A DNA stretch of 64,000 nt from Opitutia bacterium (GTDB lineage Bacteria; Verrucomicrobiota; Verrucomicrobiia; Opitutales; T3Sed10-336): positions 89,442 to 153,441 of the forward strand of contig JBJHCF010000006.1 in assembly GCA_050506795.1 (NCBI GenBank), written 5' to 3'. The position numbers and the translations under genes were made by a program. This document shows, in pieces, positions 9,288 to 17,914 of this stretch. The notes below the pieces were generated by a model that was not told where the DNA came from, did not search any database, and was given only the letters and a program-made list of their open reading frames with translations. The stretch's first letter is position 1. Each line of letters starts with the position of its first letter.

Positions 9288-9474
9288 GACAGGAGAACCT
9301 GAGCGGCAGGGAGGGCGCCCGACGGTCAGGGAGTGACGTGCTGATGCCCGGCCATTGCCGGGGAAAGCGATTCAAGTTCCGCAAAAACCGGCGGATGCCG
9401 GCGGTTCGTTTCCTCGGGCGGTCTCATGCTTATTGTTGAACGGTACGGCTTTTCCGTGAAATTTCGAGCCCCGA

Positions 9475-10449
9475 TTATTCTTCGGCGCCGGAGGCAGCCT
9501 GACGTTGTTCTTCGTAGGCCTCGATGATGCGAAGGACCAGGGGGTGCCGCACCACGTCGTCGGAGGTGAATTGGAAGAAACGGACTCCTTCGACTTTCCG
9601 GAGGATTTTGGGTGCTTCCACCAGGCCGGACCTCTGACGGCGGGGGAGGTCGATCTGGGTGATGTCCCCGGTAATGACCATCTTGCTGTTGTCGCCCAGG
9701 CGGGTCAGGAACATCAGCATCTGTTCGGGCGTGGTGTTTTGGGCCTCATCGAGGATGATAAAGGCGTCTGAAAGGGTGCGGCCCCGCATATAGGCCAGAG
9801 GCGCGATTTCGATGATACCCTTGTCGATCATGCGGGCGACGTCCTCGCGGGGGATCATGTCGTAAAGCGCGTCGTAGACCGGCCGGAGGTAGGGCAGGAT
9901 CTTTTCGCGCAGGTCCCCGGGAAGGAATCCGAGGGCCTCGCCGGCTTCGACCGCCGGACGGGAAAGGACCAGGCGCTTCACCTCGTTTTTCAGCAACGCG
10001 GAAACCGCCATGGCCATGGCCAGGTAGGTTTTTCCCGTGCCGGCCGGGCCGATCCCGAATACAATTTCCGCGGAGGAGATGTGCCGAAGGTAGCGTTTCT
10101 GTCCCAAAGTCTTGGGCACGACCGTTTTGCGATGGAGATCGACGGTCACCGGATCGCGGATCATCTCCTCGAAGTCCGCGTCCTTGCCGCGGGCGATGTC
10201 CCGCAGCAGGTGCGCGAAGTCGGAGTCCCGGGTTTTGATCCCCTGGCGCCGGCTTTCCTGGAGGAGGTTGAAGAAACGTTCGGTTTTTTCCACGGCGGAG
10301 GGTTCTCCCTCGACCCGCATCCAGCCTTCCCGGGCGACCAGGGAAACGCCGAGGACGTTTTCCGCCAGCCGGAGGTTGTCGTCTTTCCCTCCGTAGAGCT
10401 GGTCCAGGCTGCGGGGGGTGTCGAAATGAAGGGTGCGGGTGGTGGGCAT
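9475..10449 (-). CDS. phoH: PhoH family ATPase
   Basis: GPAGTGKTYLA, RPAVEAGEALGFLPGD, YMRGRTL, DEAQN, GDITQIDLP, DVVRHPLV; start taken at MPTTRTLHF. Confidence 0.96.
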   Translation of the reverse strand: MPTTRTLHFDTPRSLDQLYGGKDDNLRLAENVLGVSLVAREGWMRVEGEPSAVEKTERFFNLLQESRRQGIKTRDSDFAHLLRDIARGKDADFEEMIRDPVTVDLHRKTVVPKTLGQKRYLRHISSAEIVFGIGPAGTGKTYLAMAMAVSALLKNEVKRLVLSRPAVEAGEALGFLPGDLREKILPYLRPVYDALYDMIPREDVARMIDKGIIEIAPLAYMRGRTLSDAFIILDEAQNTTPEQMLMFLTRLGDNSKMVITGDITQIDLPRRQRSGLVEAPKILRKVEGVRFFQFTSDDVVRHPLVLRIIEAYEEQRQAASGAEE

Positions 10450-10468
10450 GGTGTGGACGCGGAACGCC

Positions 10469-10972
10469 TCAGGAATTCTTCCGCGAGGCGTCGGGACAGT
10501 GGGCGCGCAGGCGTCGCCACATGGAATCGAGCGAATCCGGTAAAACGCGTGTCTGGCCGAGCACCGGCATGAAATTGGTGTCGCCGTCCCAGCGCGGCAC
10601 GATGTGTCCGTGCAGGTGGGAGGGAAGACCGGCGCCGGCCGCCCGTCCGATATTAAAGCCGATATTGAACCCATCGGGCTTGATGGCGCGGGTAAGGATG
10701 TCCTGCCCGAGCACCAGGCAGTCCATGAGATCCGCACGCTCGTCCGCCGTCAAATCGGCGAGGTCGGCGACTTCGCGGTAGGGAATAGCCAGGAGATGGC
10801 CCGCGTTATAGGGATAACGGTTGAGCAGAAGATAGCTGTGATTTCCGCGATGAAGCAGGTAGTTTCGCTGATCGTCGTTGGCAGCCGGAATTTCACGGAA
10901 GGGATTCTTTTCCGAACTGAAGGTGGGCGCCTCGACGTACTCCATTCTCCAATATGCGTGCAAACTGTGCAT
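10469..10972 (-). CDS. HIT family hydrolase (Ap4A phosphorylase type)
   Basis: NRYPYNAGHLL, GFNIGFNIGRAAGAG, HLHGHIVPRWDGDTNFMPV. Confidence 0.93.
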   Translation of the reverse strand: MHSLHAYWRMEYVEAPTFSSEKNPFREIPAANDDQRNYLLHRGNHSYLLLNRYPYNAGHLLAIPYREVADLADLTADERADLMDCLVLGQDILTRAIKPDGFNIGFNIGRAAGAGLPSHLHGHIVPRWDGDTNFMPVLGQTRVLPDSLDSMWRRLRAHCPDASRKNS

Positions 10973-11143
10973 TACCGACTTAGGACACTGCCGCGTTTCC
11001 GGGGAAAGTCAAAACTCGCTTTAGGGTCGCCGCGTCCGGTAATTGCTGCTTGTTTTTACGTTTCCTGTCTTGTTTCCTTGCCGGGAACAGGTAGGTTGAG
11101 CCTTTGTCAAAGCCGCCTATCGCATGTTGATCGCTTCCGCAAG

Positions 11144-12274
11144 ATGTCAGTAAAATCGATTTCGCACGAGATTCCCCCTCCACTGTTTTACGCTCTGGTC
11201 CTGAGCGGCGCCATGGCGCTTTTCGTGACCTGGGACCAGGTTCACTGGTGGCAGACCCGCGAGGATTATTCGTTTGGTTTTCTAGTCCCGATGTTCGTGG
11301 CGTATGTGGTGTACGATCGTTGGGAGGCGATTCTTAATCTGGTAAAAGGCCGCGGCAAAAAGGGGGAGGCGGCCCCGGAAGCGTCCTCGATGCAAGCCGA
11401 AGATCGAGCTTCCGTTCCGGCACCTCACCCGGTCCTTGACACCTTGATGACCGCCGGAGCCTACGCGATGCTGATCTTTGGATTGCTGGCGTTTTTTCTG
11501 GGCGCGTTTTACCGCGCCGGCGGGGGAGCTTCGAACCCCAGCTCGCTGCTGATCGCCGTCGGGTTCGGATGCGTCATCCTGCCCATGATCTTTTTGAGCG
11601 TGCCGCGCGGCATCCCGAATCCCGCCGCGGTCGAGGGTCCCGGCTGGCAGCGGCCCATTCTGGCCGACACCCGTTTTGTGGTCGCGGCTCTGTTTCTTTT
11701 TCCGGCGTTTATCTGGGTCATTTCGGCGCCTCTCCTTTCCGTGGTGGAGAACACCATCAGCCTGTTTCTGCTCTCGCTCGTGACCCAGGTCGTGTTTTTT
11801 GTGTTCGATATGGGCGGGTTTCCCCTGGAGCAGCAGGGCAACACCCTGATTCTTCCGACCGGACGAGTGGGGGTGGAGGACGCCTGTTCCGGGATCCGAT
11901 CGTTGACCGCCTGTCTTTTCGCCGGAAGTTTCCTGGCGGCGACTTTTTTGAACAAGATGTGGAAGAAGGTATTGCTGGTGGGACTGGCGATGCTGTTCGC
12001 CTTTTTCACCAACATCCTGCGCAGTCTCTTCCTGACCGGATGGGCTTACGCCAACGGTCCGGAATCGATCGACGGATTTGTTCATGACGCCACCGGCTAT
12101 GCGGTGCTGGGCCTGACCTGTGTCGGTCTGATCGCGCTCCTCCCGGTATTCAACTTCAACCCGGAATGGTTGCGGGGGTACGACGAGGGCAAATTCGACG
12201 ACGAAGAAGACTCCGATTCCGGAGGCGGGAGCGGCGCCGATCGCGATCTGGAGACCAGCGCGTCGGCGCGGTGA
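11144..12274 (+). CDS. Exosortase/archaeosortase family protein
   Basis: Multi-TM protein with the Cys/Arg/His triad in VEDACSGIRSL, NILR and FVHD. Confidence 0.9.
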   Translation: MSVKSISHEIPPPLFYALVLSGAMALFVTWDQVHWWQTREDYSFGFLVPMFVAYVVYDRWEAILNLVKGRGKKGEAAPEASSMQAEDRASVPAPHPVLDTLMTAGAYAMLIFGLLAFFLGAFYRAGGGASNPSSLLIAVGFGCVILPMIFLSVPRGIPNPAAVEGPGWQRPILADTRFVVAALFLFPAFIWVISAPLLSVVENTISLFLLSLVTQVVFFVFDMGGFPLEQQGNTLILPTGRVGVEDACSGIRSLTACLFAGSFLAATFLNKMWKKVLLVGLAMLFAFFTNILRSLFLTGWAYANGPESIDGFVHDATGYAVLGLTCVGLIALLPVFNFNPEWLRGYDEGKFDDEEDSDSGGGSGADRDLETSASAR

Positions 12275-12289
12275 CCGAGTTTTGGGCGC

Positions 12290-12329
12290 AAAAAAACAAT
12301 CCGGCGCTCGATTGATCTCGGCCGGATTG
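12290..12329 (-). terminator. Rho-independent terminator of the small basic protein gene
   Basis: Minus strand CAATCCGGC...GCCGGATTG followed by T7. Confidence 0.75.
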
Positions 12330-12386
12330 AGGGGGGAGGATGGGTTTTGGGGGCCGCGTCCGGGAAAGAACGCGGCCACGGATTTC

Positions 12387-12548
12387 TTATTCGTCGGGTT
12401 TGGTCTTGCGAAGTCCGATAACCCGGTCTCCGGACTTCCACTGGCCGCGTTTGCGGAGCAACTCCACGCGTTCGAAACGCTTGAGTACGTTACGCTTTTT
12501 GGCGGTGGCTCCGGTGGCGACTCCCTTGAAACTGTTGTGCTGTGACAT
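12387..12548 (-). CDS. PVC-superphylum small basic (signature) protein, 53 aa
   Basis: Below the ORF-track size cutoff. Manual translation MSQHNSFKGVATGATAKKRNVLKRFERVELLRKRGQWKSGDRVIGLRKTKPDE shows the MSxHxS..KRNVLKRxER..W...GLxK pattern of the Chlamydiae/Verrucomicrobia/Planctomycetes small basic protein. Confidence 0.9.
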   Translation of the reverse strand: MSQHNSFKGVATGATAKKRNVLKRFERVELLRKRGQWKSGDRVIGLRKTKPDE

Positions 12549-12581
12549 GGCGCTCTGGTCTTGTAAGGTGTGAAAAGGGTC

Positions 12582-12923
12582 TTAACTTGTGATTTCGCGC
12601 GCCCATTGCAAGTATTTTTCCGCGGTCTCGAGCGATTCGACCACAATCCATTCCGGTGTGTCGTAGGGATGGCTTGCCGCGAGCCATGCTGAAAGGGTCT
12701 TCCGGCGAGCGGCGGTGAATTTGAAGAGCAGACGAAATTCCTCCGCCTGCTCGGTCTTTCCCTTCCAGGTGTAAAACGACCGTATCGGCCCTTCCACCTG
12801 GACGCAGGCCGCCAGCTTTTTCGCGACGCTCTCGCTGGCCAGTGTTTCGGCTTGTTCGCGGGTTTCAACCGTGGTGAAACCCAGAAAGAGAGATTTGGTG
12901 GGTGGAGATTCTGGATCGTTCAT
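12582..12923 (-). CDS. cutA: Divalent-cation tolerance protein CutA
   Basis: KKLAACVQVEGPIRSFYTWKG, HPYDTPE, YLQW. Confidence 0.93.
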   Translation of the reverse strand: MNDPESPPTKSLFLGFTTVETREQAETLASESVAKKLAACVQVEGPIRSFYTWKGKTEQAEEFRLLFKFTAARRKTLSAWLAASHPYDTPEWIVVESLETAEKYLQWAREITS

Positions 12924-13058
12924 AATAGTCGGTTCCGGGACCCGCGATGGCGGCCGGGAGGATTCCGGCGCCTGGGCGAGGTTTTGTGGTGAATCCACTT
13001 GACGTAGTTTTTCGCCCGGGTAATTGTCAACGGTTTCAGTCGAAACAAGGAGTCCGTT

Positions 13059-13259
13059 GTGAGAGAAGATTACATAGAGCAAGCTTTGAAGGTCGTGCCG
13101 GATGCGAACATTCTCATCAATGTGGTGTCGCGGCGTGTTAAGCAATTGCGCTACAACGGCCGGCCATTGGTTGAGTCCCTGGAGCGACTGGATCCGGAGG
13201 ACATTGCCCTGCGGGAGTTGATCGAGGGCAAGATCAGTTTCGAACTGGCCGAGGATTAG
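13059..13259 (+). CDS. rpoZ: RNA polymerase omega subunit
   Basis: ILINVVSRRVKQL..IALRELIEGKI; AAGGAG RBS upstream of the GTG start. Confidence 0.88.
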   Translation: MREDYIEQALKVVPDANILINVVSRRVKQLRYNGRPLVESLERLDPEDIALRELIEGKISFELAED

Positions 13260-13323
13260 GCGCGCCGGGCTGCCGGATTCGCCTTCCAGCCGAGTCCTTA
13301 ACGTTATTCCGGCAAAATAATTC

Positions 13324-13797
13324 GTGTGCGCCCAGAAAAAATCTTCGGGACGGTACAAGGAGATCCGCAATTCCAAGGTCTTTCGCGATTATTTCGTGGA
13401 GGACCGTTTGGAGGCGGGAATCGTGCTTACCGGAACGGAATTGAAGTCCATTCGCTCCGGCCGGGCTCAGTTGACCGATGCCTTTGCCAAGGTGGAGAAA
13501 GGCGAGGTGATTCTGCGTAACATGCACATCGACGAGTACTCCTTCGGCAATATTTTCAACCACCCGCCCAAGCGTCCGCGCAAGTTGCTGCTGCATCGCA
13601 AGGAGATCAACAGGCTGGAGATTGAAGTGTCACAGGGAGGCAAGGCGTTGATCCCCGTGCGGCTGTACTTCAAGGAAGGACTGGTGAAACTCGAGCTGGC
13701 GGTTTGTACGGGTAAAAAGCTTTACGACAAACGGGAAACCCTCAAGAAAAAGGCGCAGATGCAAGATATCGAACGTGAGATGCGGCGCCGCAGGTAG
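13324..13797 (+). CDS. smpB: SsrA-binding protein
   Basis: EAGIVLTGTELKSIR, RKLLLHRKEI, GKKLYDKRE. Confidence 0.97.
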   Translation: MCAQKKSSGRYKEIRNSKVFRDYFVEDRLEAGIVLTGTELKSIRSGRAQLTDAFAKVEKGEVILRNMHIDEYSFGNIFNHPPKRPRKLLLHRKEINRLEIEVSQGGKALIPVRLYFKEGLVKLELAVCTGKKLYDKRETLKKKAQMQDIEREMRRRR

Positions 13798-13821
13798 CCT
13801 GGGCGGGGTGATTATTCTACG

Positions 13822-14736
13822 ATGAAACAGTCTCCTACGTTTCGGGTTCGTGTCCCTGCCAGCACCTCCAATTGCGGTCCTGGTTTCGATACTTTGGGAA
13901 TCGCGCTCAGCCTGTACAATCGGGTGTCTGTTGCGGTGCGGGACGATGGACGGGTCGCTTACGCCGGCAAGCGAACGGATTTCCACCAATCGGCTCTGCA
14001 CATGGTTGAATCGGCAGCCGACCACTTTTTCGCGGTGTCCGGAGCGGGGCGTATCGGGTTTGATTTTGATATTACCGGTGACGTGCCCCGCGCCCGGGGT
14101 CTGGGCTCCAGCGTGACTTTGCGCGGCGGTATTCTGGCGGCGATCAATGAAGCCTGCGGAGCCCCGCTGAGCCGAAAGGAACTGGTGGGCCTGGTGACCG
14201 TGCTGGAAGGGCATCCGGACAACGCCGCCGCCGCGCTTTTGGGCGGTTTTTGTGTGGCCCGCACCTGCCCGGATACCGGCCGTTTCCTGGATGCGCTGCG
14301 GTTCGACGTCGGACCGGACCTGGCGTTTGTGGTGGTCTCTCCGGACAACGAAGTGCTGACTTCGACCTCCCGCACCTCCCTGCCGGAAAGCCTGGCCTTT
14401 TTCGATGTTGTAAAAAGCCTGAACAGTCTCGCCTACATCGTGTCGGTTTTCGCGGTGGGCGATTATGAGCGACTGCGGCATGGGGTGACGGATTTCCTGC
14501 ATCAGCCGACGCGCGTTCCCGGGATCGCCGGCGCGGATCAGGCCATCGCGGCCGGCCTTAAGGCCGGGGCCTACAGCGGATGGCTGAGCGGAAGCGGCTC
14601 CAGTGTGCTTTGCGTGGGTGCGGCCAGGGAGGCGAAAGCCGTAGGCGATGCCATGGCTGGCGCTTTTCGGGAACGGGAGATCGATTGCCAGGTCCATTTG
14701 TTGCAGGCCGACAACGTCGGCCTGGCTATGGAGTGA
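13822..14736 (+). CDS. thrB: Homoserine kinase
   Basis: VPASTSNCGPGFDTLG, PRARGLGSS, EGHPDN, LSGSGS. Confidence 0.95.
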   Translation: MKQSPTFRVRVPASTSNCGPGFDTLGIALSLYNRVSVAVRDDGRVAYAGKRTDFHQSALHMVESAADHFFAVSGAGRIGFDFDITGDVPRARGLGSSVTLRGGILAAINEACGAPLSRKELVGLVTVLEGHPDNAAAALLGGFCVARTCPDTGRFLDALRFDVGPDLAFVVVSPDNEVLTSTSRTSLPESLAFFDVVKSLNSLAYIVSVFAVGDYERLRHGVTDFLHQPTRVPGIAGADQAIAAGLKAGAYSGWLSGSGSSVLCVGAAREAKAVGDAMAGAFREREIDCQVHLLQADNVGLAME

Positions 14737-14989
14737 CGACCGAAAGGCAGAAATTCGACCGTTGACCGCAGGCGGGCCAAGCCCAAGTGCAACACGATCA
14801 ATCAGAGGGGTGAATAAATCGTTTATAGGCTATAGTTTAGTTTAAATCAGGCAATTTCGAGCCTGGAGAGAGGATGAGGATGCGGATTCTTTTTACCGGT
14901 GTTTTACCGGATTATTAGTTTTCTTTTAAATCATCGGTTGGTAGAAGATCCGCTCATAACCGTTTCATACAGGAGGATTTGAAGAGGAG

Positions 14990-15424
14990 ATGAACGTGAA
15001 GGAGCTTACACCGGAAACGCGCGAACCAGCGCACGAAAACAACACGCTTGAATACGACTTTCTCAAGCTGAGAAAACACTACCGCCTGACACAGGCCGAT
15101 CTGGCCGAGTTGCTCAAGGTGTCGAAAAACTACATCTGCCAGATTGAAACCGGGCGCAAAATCCCGAGTCAATCGCTGGTGGAACTGGTCCAGCGCATCG
15201 AAAAGGAACTGGCAATCAATCCGCCGGCCCACCGGATCCGGGACGCGGTGGGTGGTTATTCGCTCGAGGACAATCCGGCTTCGGAGTATATGCGAAAAGT
15301 CTGGGCGGCGGCCCGCAACGACCGCTACCTGGAGGGGTATATTCTGACGAAACTGAAGTTGGAGTTTCCCATCGACAAGCCGCCTTTCGCCGCGGAGGAG
15401 AAGGATCAGTTGCCCGGTAACTGA
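14990..15424 (+). CDS. XRE family HTH transcriptional regulator
   Basis: LRKHYRLTQADLAELLKVSKNYICQIETGRKIPS; GAGGAG RBS; AT-rich upstream region. Confidence 0.88.
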   Translation: MNVKELTPETREPAHENNTLEYDFLKLRKHYRLTQADLAELLKVSKNYICQIETGRKIPSQSLVELVQRIEKELAINPPAHRIRDAVGGYSLEDNPASEYMRKVWAAARNDRYLEGYILTKLKLEFPIDKPPFAAEEKDQLPGN

Positions 15425-15438
15425 GGGTTTTCGAACCC

Positions 15439-15897
15439 ATGCTGCACATCATACTGTTTCAGCCCGACATTCCCCAGAACACCGGGAATGTCGGGCGTCT
15501 GTGCGCCGTTACCCGAAGCCGGCTGCATCTGATTCATCCGTTGGGGTTCACCATCACCGACCGACACCTGAAGCGCAGCGGAATGGATTACTGGAAGTCG
15601 CTGGATGTGCATCATCACGAAAGCTGGGAGGCCTTTCTGGCCGATGACGACCGGCCGCGGCGAATCTGGTTGTTCACCACCGCGGCCCGGCAGTCGTTCT
15701 GGGAAGTGGCCTTCGCCGACGGCGACGGTCTCCTTTTCGGCAAGGAAACTGCGGGCTGCCCCCAGTGGTTGCATGACTGGGCGGGAGACGAACGCCGTTT
15801 GACCATCCCGCGCTTCAATCCCGAACTGCGCTCGCTCAACCTAGCCACCAGCGTGGGCATCGCCACTTACGAAGCTCTGCGGCAACTTCGTTCTTAG
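15439..15897 (+). CDS. trmL: tRNA (cytidine/uridine-34 2'-O)-methyltransferase
   Basis: PDIPQNTGNVGR, LKRSGMDYW, LFGKETAG, RSLNLA. Confidence 0.95.
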   Translation: MLHIILFQPDIPQNTGNVGRLCAVTRSRLHLIHPLGFTITDRHLKRSGMDYWKSLDVHHHESWEAFLADDDRPRRIWLFTTAARQSFWEVAFADGDGLLFGKETAGCPQWLHDWAGDERRLTIPRFNPELRSLNLATSVGIATYEALRQLRS

Positions 15898-15950
15898 TTG
15901 TTGGTGGGCGAGCGGCGTGGGGCGTGGGGTAGAGGGGCGTGGGACTTTCT

Positions 15951-16033
15951 GTAGCGCCCTGCTTCAGCGGGCGTTTGTCGGGGTGCGGACGGCGGTTCCC
16001 GTGAAGAAGACTCCGGCTTAAGCACGGAGCTAC
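15951..16033. repeat. Inverted pair of GTAG-type REP-like elements between convergent genes
   Basis: gtagcgccctgcttcagcgggcg ... ccggcttaagcacggagctac. Confidence 0.65.
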
Positions 16034-16081
16034 GGGGGGGCCGGAACTCGTAGCGCCCGGCGGGCGAAACGCCGTGACCAC

Positions 16082-16111
16082 TGAACAACCAACACCGAAC
16101 AACGAACAACC
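16082..16111 (+). repeat. Degenerate heptamer tandem repeat (GAACAAC-like)
   Basis: tgaacaaccaacaccgaacaacgaacaacc; a short complementary tract (gttgttggtgg) lies at ~15897. Confidence 0.55.
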
Positions 16112-16114
16112 GCA

Positions 16115-16993
16115 TCACCGTTCCTCTTTCGGGTCGAAGGCGTCGCGCAGACCATCACCCAGAAAGTTGAGGGAGAACAGGGTCAGCGCGAAGGCCGTGC
16201 CGGGGACCAGGAGCAGCCAGGGAGCGCTTTCCATGGAAGTGGCGCCGTCGTTGATGAGTAAGCCGAGAGAACTCATGGGCGGTTGCACTCCCAGCCCGAG
16301 GAAACTGACGAAGGCTTCCAGCAGCATGACATTGGGAATGGTCAGCGTGGTGTAAACGATGATTGGTCCGGCGGCGTTCGGAAGGACGTGACGGGAGAGA
16401 AGGTTTCGCGGATGCTGCCCCAGCACGCGTGACGCCTCGACAAACGCCCGCTGTTTCAGCGAGAGGACCTGCCCGCGTACGATGCGGGCCATGGTCAGCC
16501 ACTCCACGGCGCCGATGGCGAGAAACAGCAGGACCAGACTGCGTCCGAAAAACACCATCAGCAGGATAACGAACACCGTGAACGGCAACGCGTAGAGAAT
16601 GTCGACGAACCGCATCATTAGCGAATCCGTCTTTCCGCCGATGAAACCGGAAACGGCTCCATAGACCACGCCAATGGTCAGAGAAACCGCGGTGGCCAAC
16701 AGCCCGACCATCAGGGAGATGCGTCCCCCGTGAAACAGTCGGGTGGCCAAATCGCGGCCGCGGTGGTCGGTGCCCAGCCAGTGGGAGGCGTCCGGCGGTG
16801 TCGCCCCCTCGATGATGCGCGGCTGCTCCTGGAAGGAATAGGGAGAGATCCAGGGCCCGATGATACAGAGACAGGAGAAGAGCGTCAGAAAGACCAGACC
16901 GGTTATGGCCGCTCGATTGGCGCGCAGGCGGTCCCATGCCAGGCGCCCGGGGGAGCGGTGAGGCAGGGTGGCGGTTCGTGGCGAAGGGTTCAT
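16115..16993 (-). CDS. oppC: Oligopeptide ABC transporter permease OppC
   Basis: HWLGTDHRGRD, GGRISLMVG, ARIVRGQVLSLK, FLGDGLRDAFDP. Confidence 0.93.
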   Translation of the reverse strand: MNPSPRTATLPHRSPGRLAWDRLRANRAAITGLVFLTLFSCLCIIGPWISPYSFQEQPRIIEGATPPDASHWLGTDHRGRDLATRLFHGGRISLMVGLLATAVSLTIGVVYGAVSGFIGGKTDSLMMRFVDILYALPFTVFVILLMVFFGRSLVLLFLAIGAVEWLTMARIVRGQVLSLKQRAFVEASRVLGQHPRNLLSRHVLPNAAGPIIVYTTLTIPNVMLLEAFVSFLGLGVQPPMSSLGLLINDGATSMESAPWLLLVPGTAFALTLFSLNFLGDGLRDAFDPKEER

Positions 16994-17907
16994 TCGAAGC
17001 GTTGCCGGGGATTTAGCAGCACTTGGCCGACGTCCACCAGGAGGTTGAAAATCAGAATCATCACGGAATAGAGAATGACCACCCCGAGCACCAGGGTGTA
17101 GTCGCGATTGAAGGCGGCGTTGACAAACTCCCGGCCGAGTCCCGGGATATGGAAAACGGTCTCCACCACGAAGGAACCGGTAAGCAGGCCCGCGGCCGCC
17201 GGACCGAGGAAGGCGAGCGCCGGCAGGATGCCGGGGCGGAGGGCGTGTTTGCCCAGCACCAGGTGTTCCGGCAGGCCTTTGGCGCGGGCGGTGCGAATAA
17301 AATCCTGGCGAATGATCTCGCGCAGGCCGCCGCGGGTCAGCCGGGCGATGTAGGCGGCGAAGAATAGGCCGAGGGTTAGGGCCGGCAGCACCCGGTCGCC
17401 CGCGGTGTTCCAGCCGGTGGCGTTGAACCAGCCCAACCAGAGCGAGAACACCAGGATCAGAAGCGGTCCCAGCACGAATGTCGGCAGGCAGATTCCCAGC
17501 ATGGCGCCTCCCATGGGAACGGAGTCGAGCCAGGAATTCGGTCGAATCATGGCGATCAGTCCGACCAGGATGCCAATAACCATGGCGATCAACAGTCCCC
17601 ACAGGCCCAACTCCAGCGACACGGGAAGGTGGTCGCGGATGATTTCGTTCACCGTGCGGGTGGGGTAATGGTAGGAGGGGCCGAGGTCGCCTTTCGTCAG
17701 ATTGCCCAGGTAGCTGAGGTACTGCGCCGGCAGCGGGCGGTCCAGGCCGTAGTGGGCTTCCATGCGCGCCAGGGTGGCGGCGGGGATGTCGACTTCCTGA
17801 CTGAAGGGACCGCCGGGAGCGAGCCGCAGCAGAAAGAAACAGATCGTAATGACGAGAAAAAGGACCGGCAGGGATTCCAGGACCCGGCGTGCGATGTAGG
17901 TGGGCAT
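16990..17907 (-). CDS. oppB: Oligopeptide ABC transporter permease OppB
   Basis: LAPGGPF, GDLGPS, FIRTARAKGL, VETVFHIPGLG, NRDYTLV. Confidence 0.94.
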   Translation of the reverse strand: MPTYIARRVLESLPVLFLVITICFFLLRLAPGGPFSQEVDIPAATLARMEAHYGLDRPLPAQYLSYLGNLTKGDLGPSYHYPTRTVNEIIRDHLPVSLELGLWGLLIAMVIGILVGLIAMIRPNSWLDSVPMGGAMLGICLPTFVLGPLLILVFSLWLGWFNATGWNTAGDRVLPALTLGLFFAAYIARLTRGGLREIIRQDFIRTARAKGLPEHLVLGKHALRPGILPALAFLGPAAAGLLTGSFVVETVFHIPGLGREFVNAAFNRDYTLVLGVVILYSVMILIFNLLVDVGQVLLNPRQRFE

Positions 17908-17914
17908 AAGGAGA

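Noticed and set aside
9290..9470. Small ORF or riboswitch between phoH and the HD gene
   Set aside because: Only a ~33-codon ORF with no features and one hairpin; no recognisable aptamer.
11282..12868. 528-aa minus-strand ORF and the 87-aa plus-strand ORF at 12282-12545
   Set aside because: Shadow frames of the exosortase, the small basic protein and cutA.
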